The position numbers and the translations under genes are program-made. The notes below the pieces were generated by a model. The model saw only the letters and a program-made list of their open reading frames with translations, made no database searches and was not told the DNA's origin. A DNA stretch of 18,547 nucleotides, taken from positions 1 through 18,547 of the forward strand of contig JBJHCF010000062.1 of NCBI GenBank assembly GCA_050506795.1, in the 5' to 3' direction. This stretch comes from Opitutia bacterium (lineage in GTDB: Bacteria > Verrucomicrobiota > Verrucomicrobiia > Opitutales > T3Sed10-336). The first letter of the stretch is position 1. Every line of letters starts with the position of its first letter. Of this stretch, positions 8,095 through 15,922 are shown piece after piece.

Positions 8095-8895
8095 ATGGAT
8101 AAACTTGCCGAAATAATGGCGTGGAAGCGCAAAGAAATCGCCGAGCTGATTCGCCCGGTGAATGAGGAGGAATTCGTCACCATCAGCCAGAAAAACTCCC
8201 ATCAGCCCTCCTTCGCTCAAGCGATCAAAGGACGGGAGTCGCTGGCCGTGATTGCCGAGATCAAACGGCGGTCGCCGTCCGCCGGCGACATCGCCGAAAT
8301 TCCCTCCGCGCTCAAACAGGCGGAACGTTACCTTCGGGCGGGTGCGAACGCCCTTTCGGTTCTGACCGATGTGAAGTACTTCGGCGGAAAGCTGGAGGAC
8401 CTGCGTTCGGTGACCCACGGCTTTTCCGCCTCGCCTTCGCCTCTGCCCTGCCTGCGCAAGGATTTCATGGTCCACCCTTACCAGGTCCTGGAAGCCGCGG
8501 TGGCGGGTGCGGCCGCCATCCTTATCATCGTCCGCGCCCTGGAGGACCAGGAGATTCGCGCGCTCAAAGAGGCCGCCGACGCGGCCGGGCTGGATGCCCT
8601 CTTCGAAGTGCACCAGGAATCCGAAATCGAACGGGCGCTGGCTGCCGGCGCGACAATCATCGGCGTCAATAATCGCGACCTGGCCCGATTCAAGACCGAT
8701 CTGGCCCTCACCGAAACCCTCCTGCCAAAGATTCCGGATTCCGTGATCAAGGTCAGCGAGAGCGGCATCGGCACCGCCGAAGACGCGGCGCGGGTCCGCG
8801 CCGCCGGCGCCCACGCCATCCTGGTGGGCGAAGCCCTGATGAAGGCCCCCGATCCCGCGGCACTGGTGAAAGCTTTCAAGGGAAACAGGCATTAA
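8095..8895 (+). CDS. trpC: Indole-3-glycerol phosphate synthase
   Basis: VIAEIKRRSPSAG, LSVLTD..YFGG, LRKDF, IIGVNNRDL, VSESGI and LVGEALM. Confidence 0.97.
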   Translation: MDKLAEIMAWKRKEIAELIRPVNEEEFVTISQKNSHQPSFAQAIKGRESLAVIAEIKRRSPSAGDIAEIPSALKQAERYLRAGANALSVLTDVKYFGGKLEDLRSVTHGFSASPSPLPCLRKDFMVHPYQVLEAAVAGAAAILIIVRALEDQEIRALKEAADAAGLDALFEVHQESEIERALAAGATIIGVNNRDLARFKTDLALTETLLPKIPDSVIKVSESGIGTAEDAARVRAAGAHAILVGEALMKAPDPAALVKAFKGNRH

Positions 8896-8938
8896 CGAGG
8901 GAATTCCAAACCACACGGACCGAAACCCAAAGCCGGCC

Positions 8939-9769
8939 ATGTCGCTGCGCGAGACCCGGCGATTGCTGGAATCACGGCGTATTCGTCCCAGCCGCCGGTT
9001 GGGACAGAATTTCCTGATCGACGGCAACATCGTGGCCAAATCGTTGCAACTGGCCCGGATTGCGCCGGGCGACACCGTGGTCGAGATCGGTCCCGGGCTG
9101 GGAACCTTGACCCGAGCACTGCTGGAAGCGGGATGCCGGGTTTACGCGGTGGAAAAGGATGTCCATCTCTTTACCTACTTGCGCGACGAACTGGCCGATC
9201 AATATCCGGAGCGGTTGTTCCTCATGCAGGGCGACGCCGTGGACTCCCCCCTGGCGGACCTCCCCGGCAACCTGGAGACACCCTTCAAGATTGTCGCCAA
9301 TCTGCCCTACGCGATTTCCACTCCCTGGCTGGACGGCGTGCTGTCGAATGGTCGCCTTCCGGAACGCATGGTCCTGATGCTGCAACGCGAGACCGCCGAT
9401 CGCTTCACCGCCGAACCCGGCGGCAAAGCCATGGGCGCGATCACCGTTTTCCTGCGATCCGCCTATACCACCGAACGCGGCCACCGCGTACCGCGGCAGT
9501 GTTTTCACCCGGTTCCGGAGGTGGACTCCTACCTGCTCAACCTCATTAGAAAAGAAAGTCCCCACCTGTTCCCACCCGCGACCAAAGCCCTGATACGCCA
9601 GTGCTTCGGGCAACGCCGCAAGCAGATCGGGTCGCTCCTCAAAAAATTCGCCTCACCCGCCACCGGCGAAGCCTGGCTCCAGCGACTCGCCGCGGAAGGC
9701 CATTCTCCCCGGTCCCGCCCAGAAGAAATCCCCCTCGCCCTCTGGGCCGACCTCGACCCCATCGAATAG
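8939..9769 (+). CDS. rsmA: 16S rRNA m6,2A dimethyltransferase KsgA
   Basis: LGQNFLID, VVEIGPGLGTLT, IVANLPYAIS, F.PVPEVDS and FGQRRKQ. Confidence 0.97.
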   Translation: MSLRETRRLLESRRIRPSRRLGQNFLIDGNIVAKSLQLARIAPGDTVVEIGPGLGTLTRALLEAGCRVYAVEKDVHLFTYLRDELADQYPERLFLMQGDAVDSPLADLPGNLETPFKIVANLPYAISTPWLDGVLSNGRLPERMVLMLQRETADRFTAEPGGKAMGAITVFLRSAYTTERGHRVPRQCFHPVPEVDSYLLNLIRKESPHLFPPATKALIRQCFGQRRKQIGSLLKKFASPATGEAWLQRLAAEGHSPRSRPEEIPLALWADLDPIE

Positions 9770-9777
9770 GCCATGCC

Positions 9778-9838
9778 CGAATGGCGCTTGGTTAAGGCTG
9801 TGGATCGAAGTGGCTTTGGCTTAACCGAATCGCATCGG
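9778..9838 (+). repeat. Third copy of the ~60-nt hairpin, without REP doublet; lies between convergent genes and may also act as a terminator
   Basis: CGAATGGCGCTTGGTTAAGGCTGTGGATCG matches the copy at 228-257 (minus strand) at 26/30. Stem TTGGTTAAG/CTTAACCGA. Confidence 0.75.
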
Positions 9839-9855
9839 CTGTTCCCCTGGAACAC

Positions 9856-10305
9856 TTAGAACCCGTCCTCTTCCAGGGCGAAGCGGATGGCCTCGATGCC
9901 GGCGGCGGAGCAGGCATCCAGCACCCGCACCACCATCTGATGCGGAGCCTCCCCGGCCGGCGCCAGCGTGACCGCGGCATCGACGCGGCTGGCCTCACTG
10001 GTCTGGCGAAAACGGGCCAGCATAGCGGTAAGCTCCACCAAACGGGTCGCCTCGGGGTGATCGAAAACATGATCGTTCACGATCACCCGACCGGCAGCAT
10101 CGATTTCGATGATCTGCTCATCAGGCATTTCCAGGCTGGAAGCCTGCTGTACGGTCGCCGGCAGCCGAAACGAGACGTCGGCCTCCTGCCTCTCCAAGGT
10201 CGTGCTTACCATAAAGTAGATCAGCATCAGAAACACCACATCGATCATGGGAGCAATTTGCATGGCCGGTCCGGCCGCCTTTTTTCGCTTGCGTAACTTG
10301 GCCAC
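9856..10305 (-). CDS. exbD: ExbD/TolR family biopolymer transporter
   Basis: IAPMIDVVFLMLIYFMV TM motif and VVRVLDACSAAGI. GTG start at 10305 inferred. Confidence 0.9.
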   Translation of the reverse strand: MAKLRKRKKAAGPAMQIAPMIDVVFLMLIYFMVSTTLERQEADVSFRLPATVQQASSLEMPDEQIIEIDAAGRVIVNDHVFDHPEATRLVELTAMLARFRQTSEASRVDAAVTLAPAGEAPHQMVVRVLDACSAAGIEAIRFALEEDGF

Positions 10306-10318
10306 GACTTCGGATTTC

Positions 10319-10732
10319 CTAGTTCGCCTGGTAGGTGGCGTAAATGACTTCCACCGCGCCCGCCTCGGCACAGGCGGACAGTACCCGGCGGATTTTTTCA
10401 AACGGCGTCCCGCGGTCCGCTCTCAGTTGAACCTTCAGATTCGCATCCAAGCGCAGAGCCTCCCGCAGACGCTCCTCCACGGTGGCCAGATCCACCTCAT
10501 TACCACCCATAAAAAGCGTCCCATCGTAACGCACCGACACCGTGCCCCGCCCGGAAAGGTCCTCCGGCACCTGACTTTCGGTCGATTCCGGCAAATCCAG
10601 CTCGACCATCAAACGGTCGGCCTGGGCCAGTGAACTGACGCACATAAAAAAGACCAACAGGAGAAACACCATGTCGATCATCGGAGCCATCTGAAAATCC
10701 TCAGCGGCGCGTGCTTTACGGGGTAGACGCAT
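10319..10732 (-). CDS. exbD: ExbD/TolR family biopolymer transporter
   Basis: MAPMIDMVFLLLVFFM, LDLPES and VQLRADRGTPF. ATG start at 10732. Confidence 0.92.
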   Translation of the reverse strand: MRLPRKARAAEDFQMAPMIDMVFLLLVFFMCVSSLAQADRLMVELDLPESTESQVPEDLSGRGTVSVRYDGTLFMGGNEVDLATVEERLREALRLDANLKVQLRADRGTPFEKIRRVLSACAEAGAVEVIYATYQAN

Positions 10733-10912
10733 AAAACCGGATTGAAAGCGTTTCCGGGATCCGGGCAAGAAAAAAGAAGCGTCGGCGTGAGGCGATACGC
10801 ATGGTCCGTCCGGACCCCAAACCCGGCCGGCCCCCCGCCAAGCTCCGACTAGGGTCCTAAAACACAGAAGTTACTGTAGTTGAGTCACGTTTTGCGAATC
10901 AGGTTGAAAGAA

Positions 10913-10961
10913 GTAGATCACGCTTCCAGCGTGAGTTTCGCACGCAGGATGCGTGCACTAC
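10913..10961. repeat. Compact inverted GTAG-type REP doublet
   Basis: GTAG-A-TCACGCT.TCC.AGCGTGA-GTTTC-GCACGCA.GGA.TGCGTGC-A-CTAC. Confidence 0.75.
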
Positions 10962-11047
10962 TGCTGGTCCGAGGCTTCGCCTCACCAGAATTCCCCCATT
11001 TCCAAACTCCGTTGCTTTTCCGGAAAAATCTTCCACAGTGAAAGTCA

Positions 11048-12502
11048 ATGGCAAGAGACTGGCTTAAAGGTGTCGCGGATTATTACGATGTGATCGTCAT
11101 CGGCAGTGGACTCGGAGGACTGACCGGGGCCAACTGCCTGGCCAAAGCTGGATACTCCGTCCTGCTGCTGGAGCACCACTACCAGTTGGGCGGGCTGGCG
11201 ACCTGGTTCCGGCGGCCGGGCGGGCATATTTTCGACATCTCCCTGCACGGCTTTCCGGTCGGCATGATCAAATCCTGCCGCAAGTACTGGAGCCGGGAGA
11301 TCGCGGATTCCATCGTTCAGCTCAAGAACGTCCGTTTCATCAACCCGCAGTTCAACGTCTGGACCACCTTCGACCGCAAAGACTTCACCCGCATCCTGCG
11401 GGAGGATTTCGGAATCTCCGCGGAGACCGTGGAGAACTTTTTCCGCACCCTGCGGCAAATGAATTTCTACGATGACGACCAACGGACCACGGGTGAACTC
11501 TTCGAGGAGTTCTTTCCGGGCCGCGACGACGTCAAACGGCTGCTCATGGAGCCGATCGCCTACGCCAACGGCTCGACCCTCGGGGATCCGGCCATCACCT
11601 ATGGCATCGTGTTCTCCAACTTCATGAGCAAAGGGGTCTACACCTTTCAGGGCGGCACCGACGACCTGATCAAGAAGATGGTCGGCGTCCTCCGCGGCAA
11701 CGGCGTGGACCTGCGTCGCAACGCCCTGGTGGAGAAACTCCTGGTCGAGGACGGGGGCAATGGCAAAGAGGTGGCCGGGGTGATCGCCAACGGACGCAAA
11801 ATCCGCTGCGGCGCGGTGCTGTCCAACGCCAATCTCAAAAACACCATCCTCAAACTCGGCGGCGAGGAGAACTTCTCGGCCGAATTTGTCGATGAGGTCA
11901 AGAAGGTCCGCCTCAACAGCAGTTCCTCCCAGGTGTACATGGGAATCCGCAAAGGAGAATCGATTCCCAACATCGGCGACCTGGTGTTTACCTCGGGATC
12001 CGAGACGTTTTCCAGCGACGAACTCGTCGGCCGGAACACCAAGAGCCGAACTTTTTCCGTCTACTACCCCGAGACCCGTCCCGGCAGCGACCGCTACACC
12101 ATCGTCGCCTCACTCAACGCCCGCTACGAGGACTGGATGAACCTTTCCGACGCGGAATACGAAAGCGAAAAACAGCGCATGATCGAAGAATCCCTCGATG
12201 TCCTGGAGACCTACATCCCCGGCATCCGCGACAAAATCGACCACCTTGAAGCCGCCACACCCCGCACCATCCAACGCTACACCCGGCACATGGGAGGCAC
12301 GTCCTTCGGCACCAAGTTCGAAGGCCTCAAATGCTCCATGGAATTGCCCGATCGGCTCCCCGGCCTCTATCACGCCGGCTCGGTCGGAATCATAATGTCC
12401 GGCTGGCTCGGAACCATCAACTACGGCGTGATCGTAGCCAACAAAGTCGACAAACACCTCGCCGCCAAATCCGGAAAAACCGCCGTTCCCGCAAACACGT
12501 GA
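11048..12502 (+). CDS. Second FAD-dependent oxidoreductase of the phytoene desaturase superfamily, lipid-cluster type
   Basis: [37 protein letters not shown] and [15 protein letters not shown]. Confidence 0.88.
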   Translation: MARDWLKGVADYYDVIVIGSGLGGLTGANCLAKAGYSVLLLEHHYQLGGLATWFRRPGGHIFDISLHGFPVGMIKSCRKYWSREIADSIVQLKNVRFINPQFNVWTTFDRKDFTRILREDFGISAETVENFFRTLRQMNFYDDDQRTTGELFEEFFPGRDDVKRLLMEPIAYANGSTLGDPAITYGIVFSNFMSKGVYTFQGGTDDLIKKMVGVLRGNGVDLRRNALVEKLLVEDGGNGKEVAGVIANGRKIRCGAVLSNANLKNTILKLGGEENFSAEFVDEVKKVRLNSSSSQVYMGIRKGESIPNIGDLVFTSGSETFSSDELVGRNTKSRTFSVYYPETRPGSDRYTIVASLNARYEDWMNLSDAEYESEKQRMIEESLDVLETYIPGIRDKIDHLEAATPRTIQRYTRHMGGTSFGTKFEGLKCSMELPDRLPGLYHAGSVGIIMSGWLGTINYGVIVANKVDKHLAAKSGKTAVPANT

Positions 12503-12505
12503 ACT

Positions 12506-12642
12506 GATTTTGGATTGCGGATTTTCCAGTAGCTCGCTCCGCGAGCCCTAATCTTTATTGCCCGGAGACAAGGTCTCTCCTCTCAAATGTCGCGCGAAGC
12601 GCAGGACATAAATCCAAAATCGCAAACCCAAAATCCAAAATT
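12506..12642. repeat. Inverted arrays of degenerate heptamer repeats (AATCCAA/AATCGCA)
   Basis: GATTTTGGATTGCGGATTTT at 12506-12525 faces AATCCAA-AATCGCA-AACCCAA-AATCCAA at 12611-12638. Confidence 0.7.
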
Positions 12643-12649
12643 CCTCCCA

Positions 12650-14074
12650 ATGCCCTCCCGTGACCCATTGCTGGTATGGTTTCGCCTCGACCTAAGACTC
12701 GATGATAATCCAGCGCTGACCAGGGCGGCGGAGACGGGGCGGCCATTGATCCCGGTATTCATTTGGTCGCCGGACGACGAAAAACCGTGGGCAGCCGGGG
12801 GCGCCTCGCGCTGGTGGCTGCACCGTTCGCTGGCGTCGCTGGACAAATCCCTGCGCGGACGCGGTTCACGCCTGATCCTCAGAATCGGCCCCACCGCGCG
12901 AGAACTGGACGCGCTGCTCGAAGAAACCGGCGCGACCGCGGTGTACTGGAACCGGCGATACGAACCGGCGATAGTGACGCGCGACGCAAAAATCAAAAAA
13001 AACCTCATCGACCGCGGAATCGAGGTCAAGAGCCACAACGGCCTGCTCTTGTTCGAACCCCACGCCGTCCGCAACAAATCCGGCAACCCGTTCCAGGTCT
13101 TCACGCCATTCTGGAAACACTGCCTCACCCTGGATGCGCCCCCGCCTTGCGAGCTTGAGACGTCAAACCACGGGATCCGCCCTCCCCGTTCCTGGCCGCG
13201 GTCGGAACCGCTCATAACGCTCAAACTGAATCCTACCCTGCCGTGGGCCGGCGAATTTCCAGACTGGTGGACACCGGGCGAAGCCGGCGCCCGCAGGCGT
13301 TTGCGCGAGTTCCTGGATGGCCCGGTGCGGCGGTACCGAAAAATGCGCGATTTTCCGGCTCACGACGGCGTTTCGCGCCTTTCCCCCCACCTGCACTTCG
13401 GCGAGATCGGCCCGCGGCGGATATGGCGGGAAGCCGGCGAGGGCGCGGAAGCCTTCCTGCGCGAGGTCGGATGGCGCGAATTCGCCCACCACCTGTTGTA
13501 CCATTTCCCACGGACCACCGACGAACCCCTGAGACCAGAGTTTGCGGCGTTTCCCTGGAACACCGACGAATACGGATGGCAGGAGTGGACCCAGGGCCGG
13601 ACCGGTTATCCTATCGTTGACGCCGGACTCCGGCAGCTCTGGCGTACCGGGTGGATGCACAACCGGGTGCGCATGATCGCGGGATCGTTCCTGGTCAAAG
13701 ATCTACTGATCCCCTGGCAGTACGGCGCCCGCTGGTTCTGGGATACGCTGGTCGACGCCGACCTGGCGAACAACACGCTCGGCTGGCAGTGGGTAGCCGG
13801 CTGCGGCGCCGACGCCGCGCCCTACTTTCGCGTATTCAACCCCGTTCTCCAGGGAAAGAAATTCGACCCGGACGGCGCCTACGTCCGGCAATGGGTTCCC
13901 GAACTGACCAAACTGCCCGACCAGTGGATCCACGCTCCCTGGGAAGCGCCGGCCGAGGTCCTGTCAAATGCCGGAGTCAACCTGGGCAAAGATTATCCCC
14001 GGCCCGTCGTCGATCACTCCGAGGCGCGCCAGAGAGCGCTGCGCGCCTACGATACCATCAAGAAGAACGGATAA
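12650..14074 (+). CDS. phrB: Deoxyribodipyrimidine (CPD) photolyase
   Basis: VWFRLDLRLDDNPAL, SRLSPHLHFGEI, TGYPIVDAG.RQLW.TGWMHNRVRM and GWQWVAGCG.DAAPYFRVFNP. The start at 12650 excludes repeat-derived codons. Confidence 0.96.
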   Translation: MPSRDPLLVWFRLDLRLDDNPALTRAAETGRPLIPVFIWSPDDEKPWAAGGASRWWLHRSLASLDKSLRGRGSRLILRIGPTARELDALLEETGATAVYWNRRYEPAIVTRDAKIKKNLIDRGIEVKSHNGLLLFEPHAVRNKSGNPFQVFTPFWKHCLTLDAPPPCELETSNHGIRPPRSWPRSEPLITLKLNPTLPWAGEFPDWWTPGEAGARRRLREFLDGPVRRYRKMRDFPAHDGVSRLSPHLHFGEIGPRRIWREAGEGAEAFLREVGWREFAHHLLYHFPRTTDEPLRPEFAAFPWNTDEYGWQEWTQGRTGYPIVDAGLRQLWRTGWMHNRVRMIAGSFLVKDLLIPWQYGARWFWDTLVDADLANNTLGWQWVAGCGADAAPYFRVFNPVLQGKKFDPDGAYVRQWVPELTKLPDQWIHAPWEAPAEVLSNAGVNLGKDYPRPVVDHSEARQRALRAYDTIKKNG

Positions 14075-14114
14075 AAAAAGGCCAGGTTTAGCTTTTGCTG
14101 AACTGGCGAAGATT

Positions 14115-14436
14115 CTCACAAGGAGCAACGGAGATTAGTCCAGTTGAATTCTCCGTGGCTTTGTGGCTCCGTGTGAGTCCCATTGTTTTTTTCAGACGTC
14201 TCAGTCCGAACCCAACAACAACCTGCTCATGCCGTGTCAAATTTCAAAACAAATCATTTCCTCACACGGAGCCACAAAGCCACAAAGGCAAAACTGCGGG
14301 ATCCGCGTGAAGGCGAAGGAGCGGGAGTGCTTGCGAAGGAAACTGGGACAATCAAAGCAACCCTCGTAAGACGGGTCATAAGATTTAACTCCCCCTCCGT
14401 GCCTTTGTGGCTCAGTGTGAGCCCCATTGTTTTTTT
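14115..14436. repeat. Two units bounded by CTCACACGGAGCCACAAAG-type inverted repeats, each ending in a T-tract
   Basis: 42-bp direct repeat at 14151-14192 and 14395-14436. Inverted copies at 14115-14133 and 14261-14287. Confidence 0.8.
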
Positions 14437-14451
14437 CGGGGGAATCCGTTG

Positions 14452-14958
14452 GGGTCAGGCCCGCATACTTCAAAAGAAAGCGGCACGCCAGCGCTCGCAA
14501 CGGCGATTTGCGCCGCCTCTCCCCAAACGCCCCTGCCTCGACCCGCTGCCCCTCGGCCACTGCTTCCAACACCTCGCCGGGCTCAAGCGGCGCTCCCTTT
14601 CACCAACTTCGCCTTGAATCGACCGTCCAAGAGATGCCCATGCCGCCGGTGACGCCGGTTATAATATACCGTGTAAGCCGTGCTCAGCTTCTGCATGAAA
14701 CGCGAAAGATTACCTTCCGGTGTTTCCAACACCAAATGGTAATGATTCGCCATCAGGCAAAACAAATACAACCGGACATGGCACTCTTCGACCCCCTCGC
14801 CCAGCCGCTCCAAAAAGCGCCGGTAATCCCTGGCATCCCGGAAAAGCCGCAACCGTTCATCCCGCCAGCTCCCCACCATTCGGCTGGTCACGTGATAAAT
14901 TGCTCCTGGATATGGTAGATGTCGCTTCGCTCGGTACCAACCGCAACGGACGTGCCAT
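14452..14958 (-). pseudogene. Decayed REP-associated tyrosine transposase (RAYT, Y1/HUH)
   Basis: MARPLRL start is frameshifted from YPGAIYHVTSR. HUH motif MANHYHL and GHLLDGRFKAKLV are present. The catalytic Y..NP region is deleted, and a C-terminal helical fragment in another frame is cut at CTGACCCC. Confidence 0.88.
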
Positions 14959-14998
14959 ATTTCAGATACTCTGCACATGAACGAAAAAAGTAAAGTTT

Positions 14999-15062
14999 TA
15001 TTTTAAGGGCTGACCCCAACGGTTTTCCCCTATTTTAAGGGCTGACCCCAACGGTTTCCCCC
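14999..15062 (+). repeat. 32-bp tandem duplication containing the CTGACCCC terminal motif
   Basis: TATTTTAAGGGCTGACCCCAACGGTTT(T/C)CCCC occurs twice. An inverted counterpart lies at about 14439-14462. Confidence 0.92.
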
Positions 15063-15252
15063 AGCCCACTGGCTCGGCTCCCGGATTGTGGTGATTACGG
15101 AGCTCAATAGCCCGCCTGCGCTTTCCCCTGTCAATACTTCCCCACTCCCTTGCGGGTCGTCGAGGCATGACTCAGGGCCAGCATGGCTCGCTACACCTTT
15201 ACTGTAAGACTCTTTCATTCTCTACTCTCCGCCGATTTTAATCGGCGCTTTC
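15063..15252 (-). mobile_element. 5' fragment (part of domain I) of a group II intron, with no RT ORF
   Basis: The minus strand reads GCGCCGATTAAAATCGGCG...AGGTGTAGCGAGCCAT...GAGTCATGC...TTGACAGGGG...GCAGGCGGGCTATTGAGC. I recognise this as the 5' region of bacterial group II introns, often mis-annotated as an MKESY..GVASH.GPESC ORF. Confidence 0.7.
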
Positions 15253-15370
15253 GGGCTGACCCCTTCCGCCTCCTCATCGGAACTGCCGGTCCCAGCTGAG
15301 GGCGGTGGAACAACAAAACTCTACGAGGAGCCCTTTTCCATAAACACTATTAGCTCCTCTTCGGGAGCAA

Positions 15371-15922
15371 TTACTCCAACAAACGTCCACGGCGCTTGAA
15401 ACGCACCCAGATAGACGGATCTCTATGCCACAATCGCCCATTGTGATCGACTCCATAAAACACGTCGTCTCCACTTCCACACTCATCAAAACCATTTTGA
15501 CCGACAGACCACACTGCAAAACGGAAGCGATGTCGCAAGCGATCAAGACATCTGTCTTCAATTGCTTCAGTCCCGTCGCCAAGGTAATAAATCCTTAGGG
15601 GACGACCGTTCAAATCGATCATCCTTCCTTCAATGTCAAATTGAAGTACTGAAAACGATTCTAAAGTATATTGATCTGACTCTTCAAGCCAGCGTCTAAA
15701 CAAAAGCTCTTCGTTCAATTCCCGCCCAGGAACGACTTCGGGCTCCGGTCCGATCGTTTGTTCATAAATCCTATCCATGTAAATGGCTACCCGCGACATC
15801 TCGACCATCTCAAACACATCAATTCCTCGATGGTAACGCGCAATGTGCGCACGCCACTGGTATATCAGTAGCAACGCGACCACGACAAATATACAGACAG
15901 CGATCTTGAAAGCCTGTCTCAT
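15371..15922 (-). CDS. Putative immunity protein: membrane-anchored, with a GspG/pseudopilin-like C-terminal motif
   Basis: ATGA overlap with the RHS stop codon, N-terminal TM helix, IDLNGRPLRIYY...VWSVGQNG....GSGDDV, and AT-richer composition. Confidence 0.65.
   Translation of the reverse strand: MRQAFKIAVCIFVVVALLLIYQWRAHIARYHRGIDVFEMVEMSRVAIYMDRIYEQTIGPEPEVVPGRELNEELLFRRWLEESDQYTLESFSVLQFDIEGRMIDLNGRPLRIYYLGDGTEAIEDRCLDRLRHRFRFAVWSVGQNGFDECGSGDDVFYGVDHNGRLWHRDPSIWVRFKRRGRLLE

Noticed and set aside
11048..14074. Carotenoid biosynthesis cluster
   Set aside because: No crtB, crtE or crtY is present, and the oxidoreductase resembles the fatty-acid-cluster type rather than true CrtI.
14115..15062. 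CRISPR array
   Set aside because: Only two-copy or inverted repeats are present, with no regular spacers and no cas genes.
15030..15218. 62-aa ORF MKESYSKGVASHAGPESC
   Set aside because: Better explained as group II intron RNA sequence running into the repeat.
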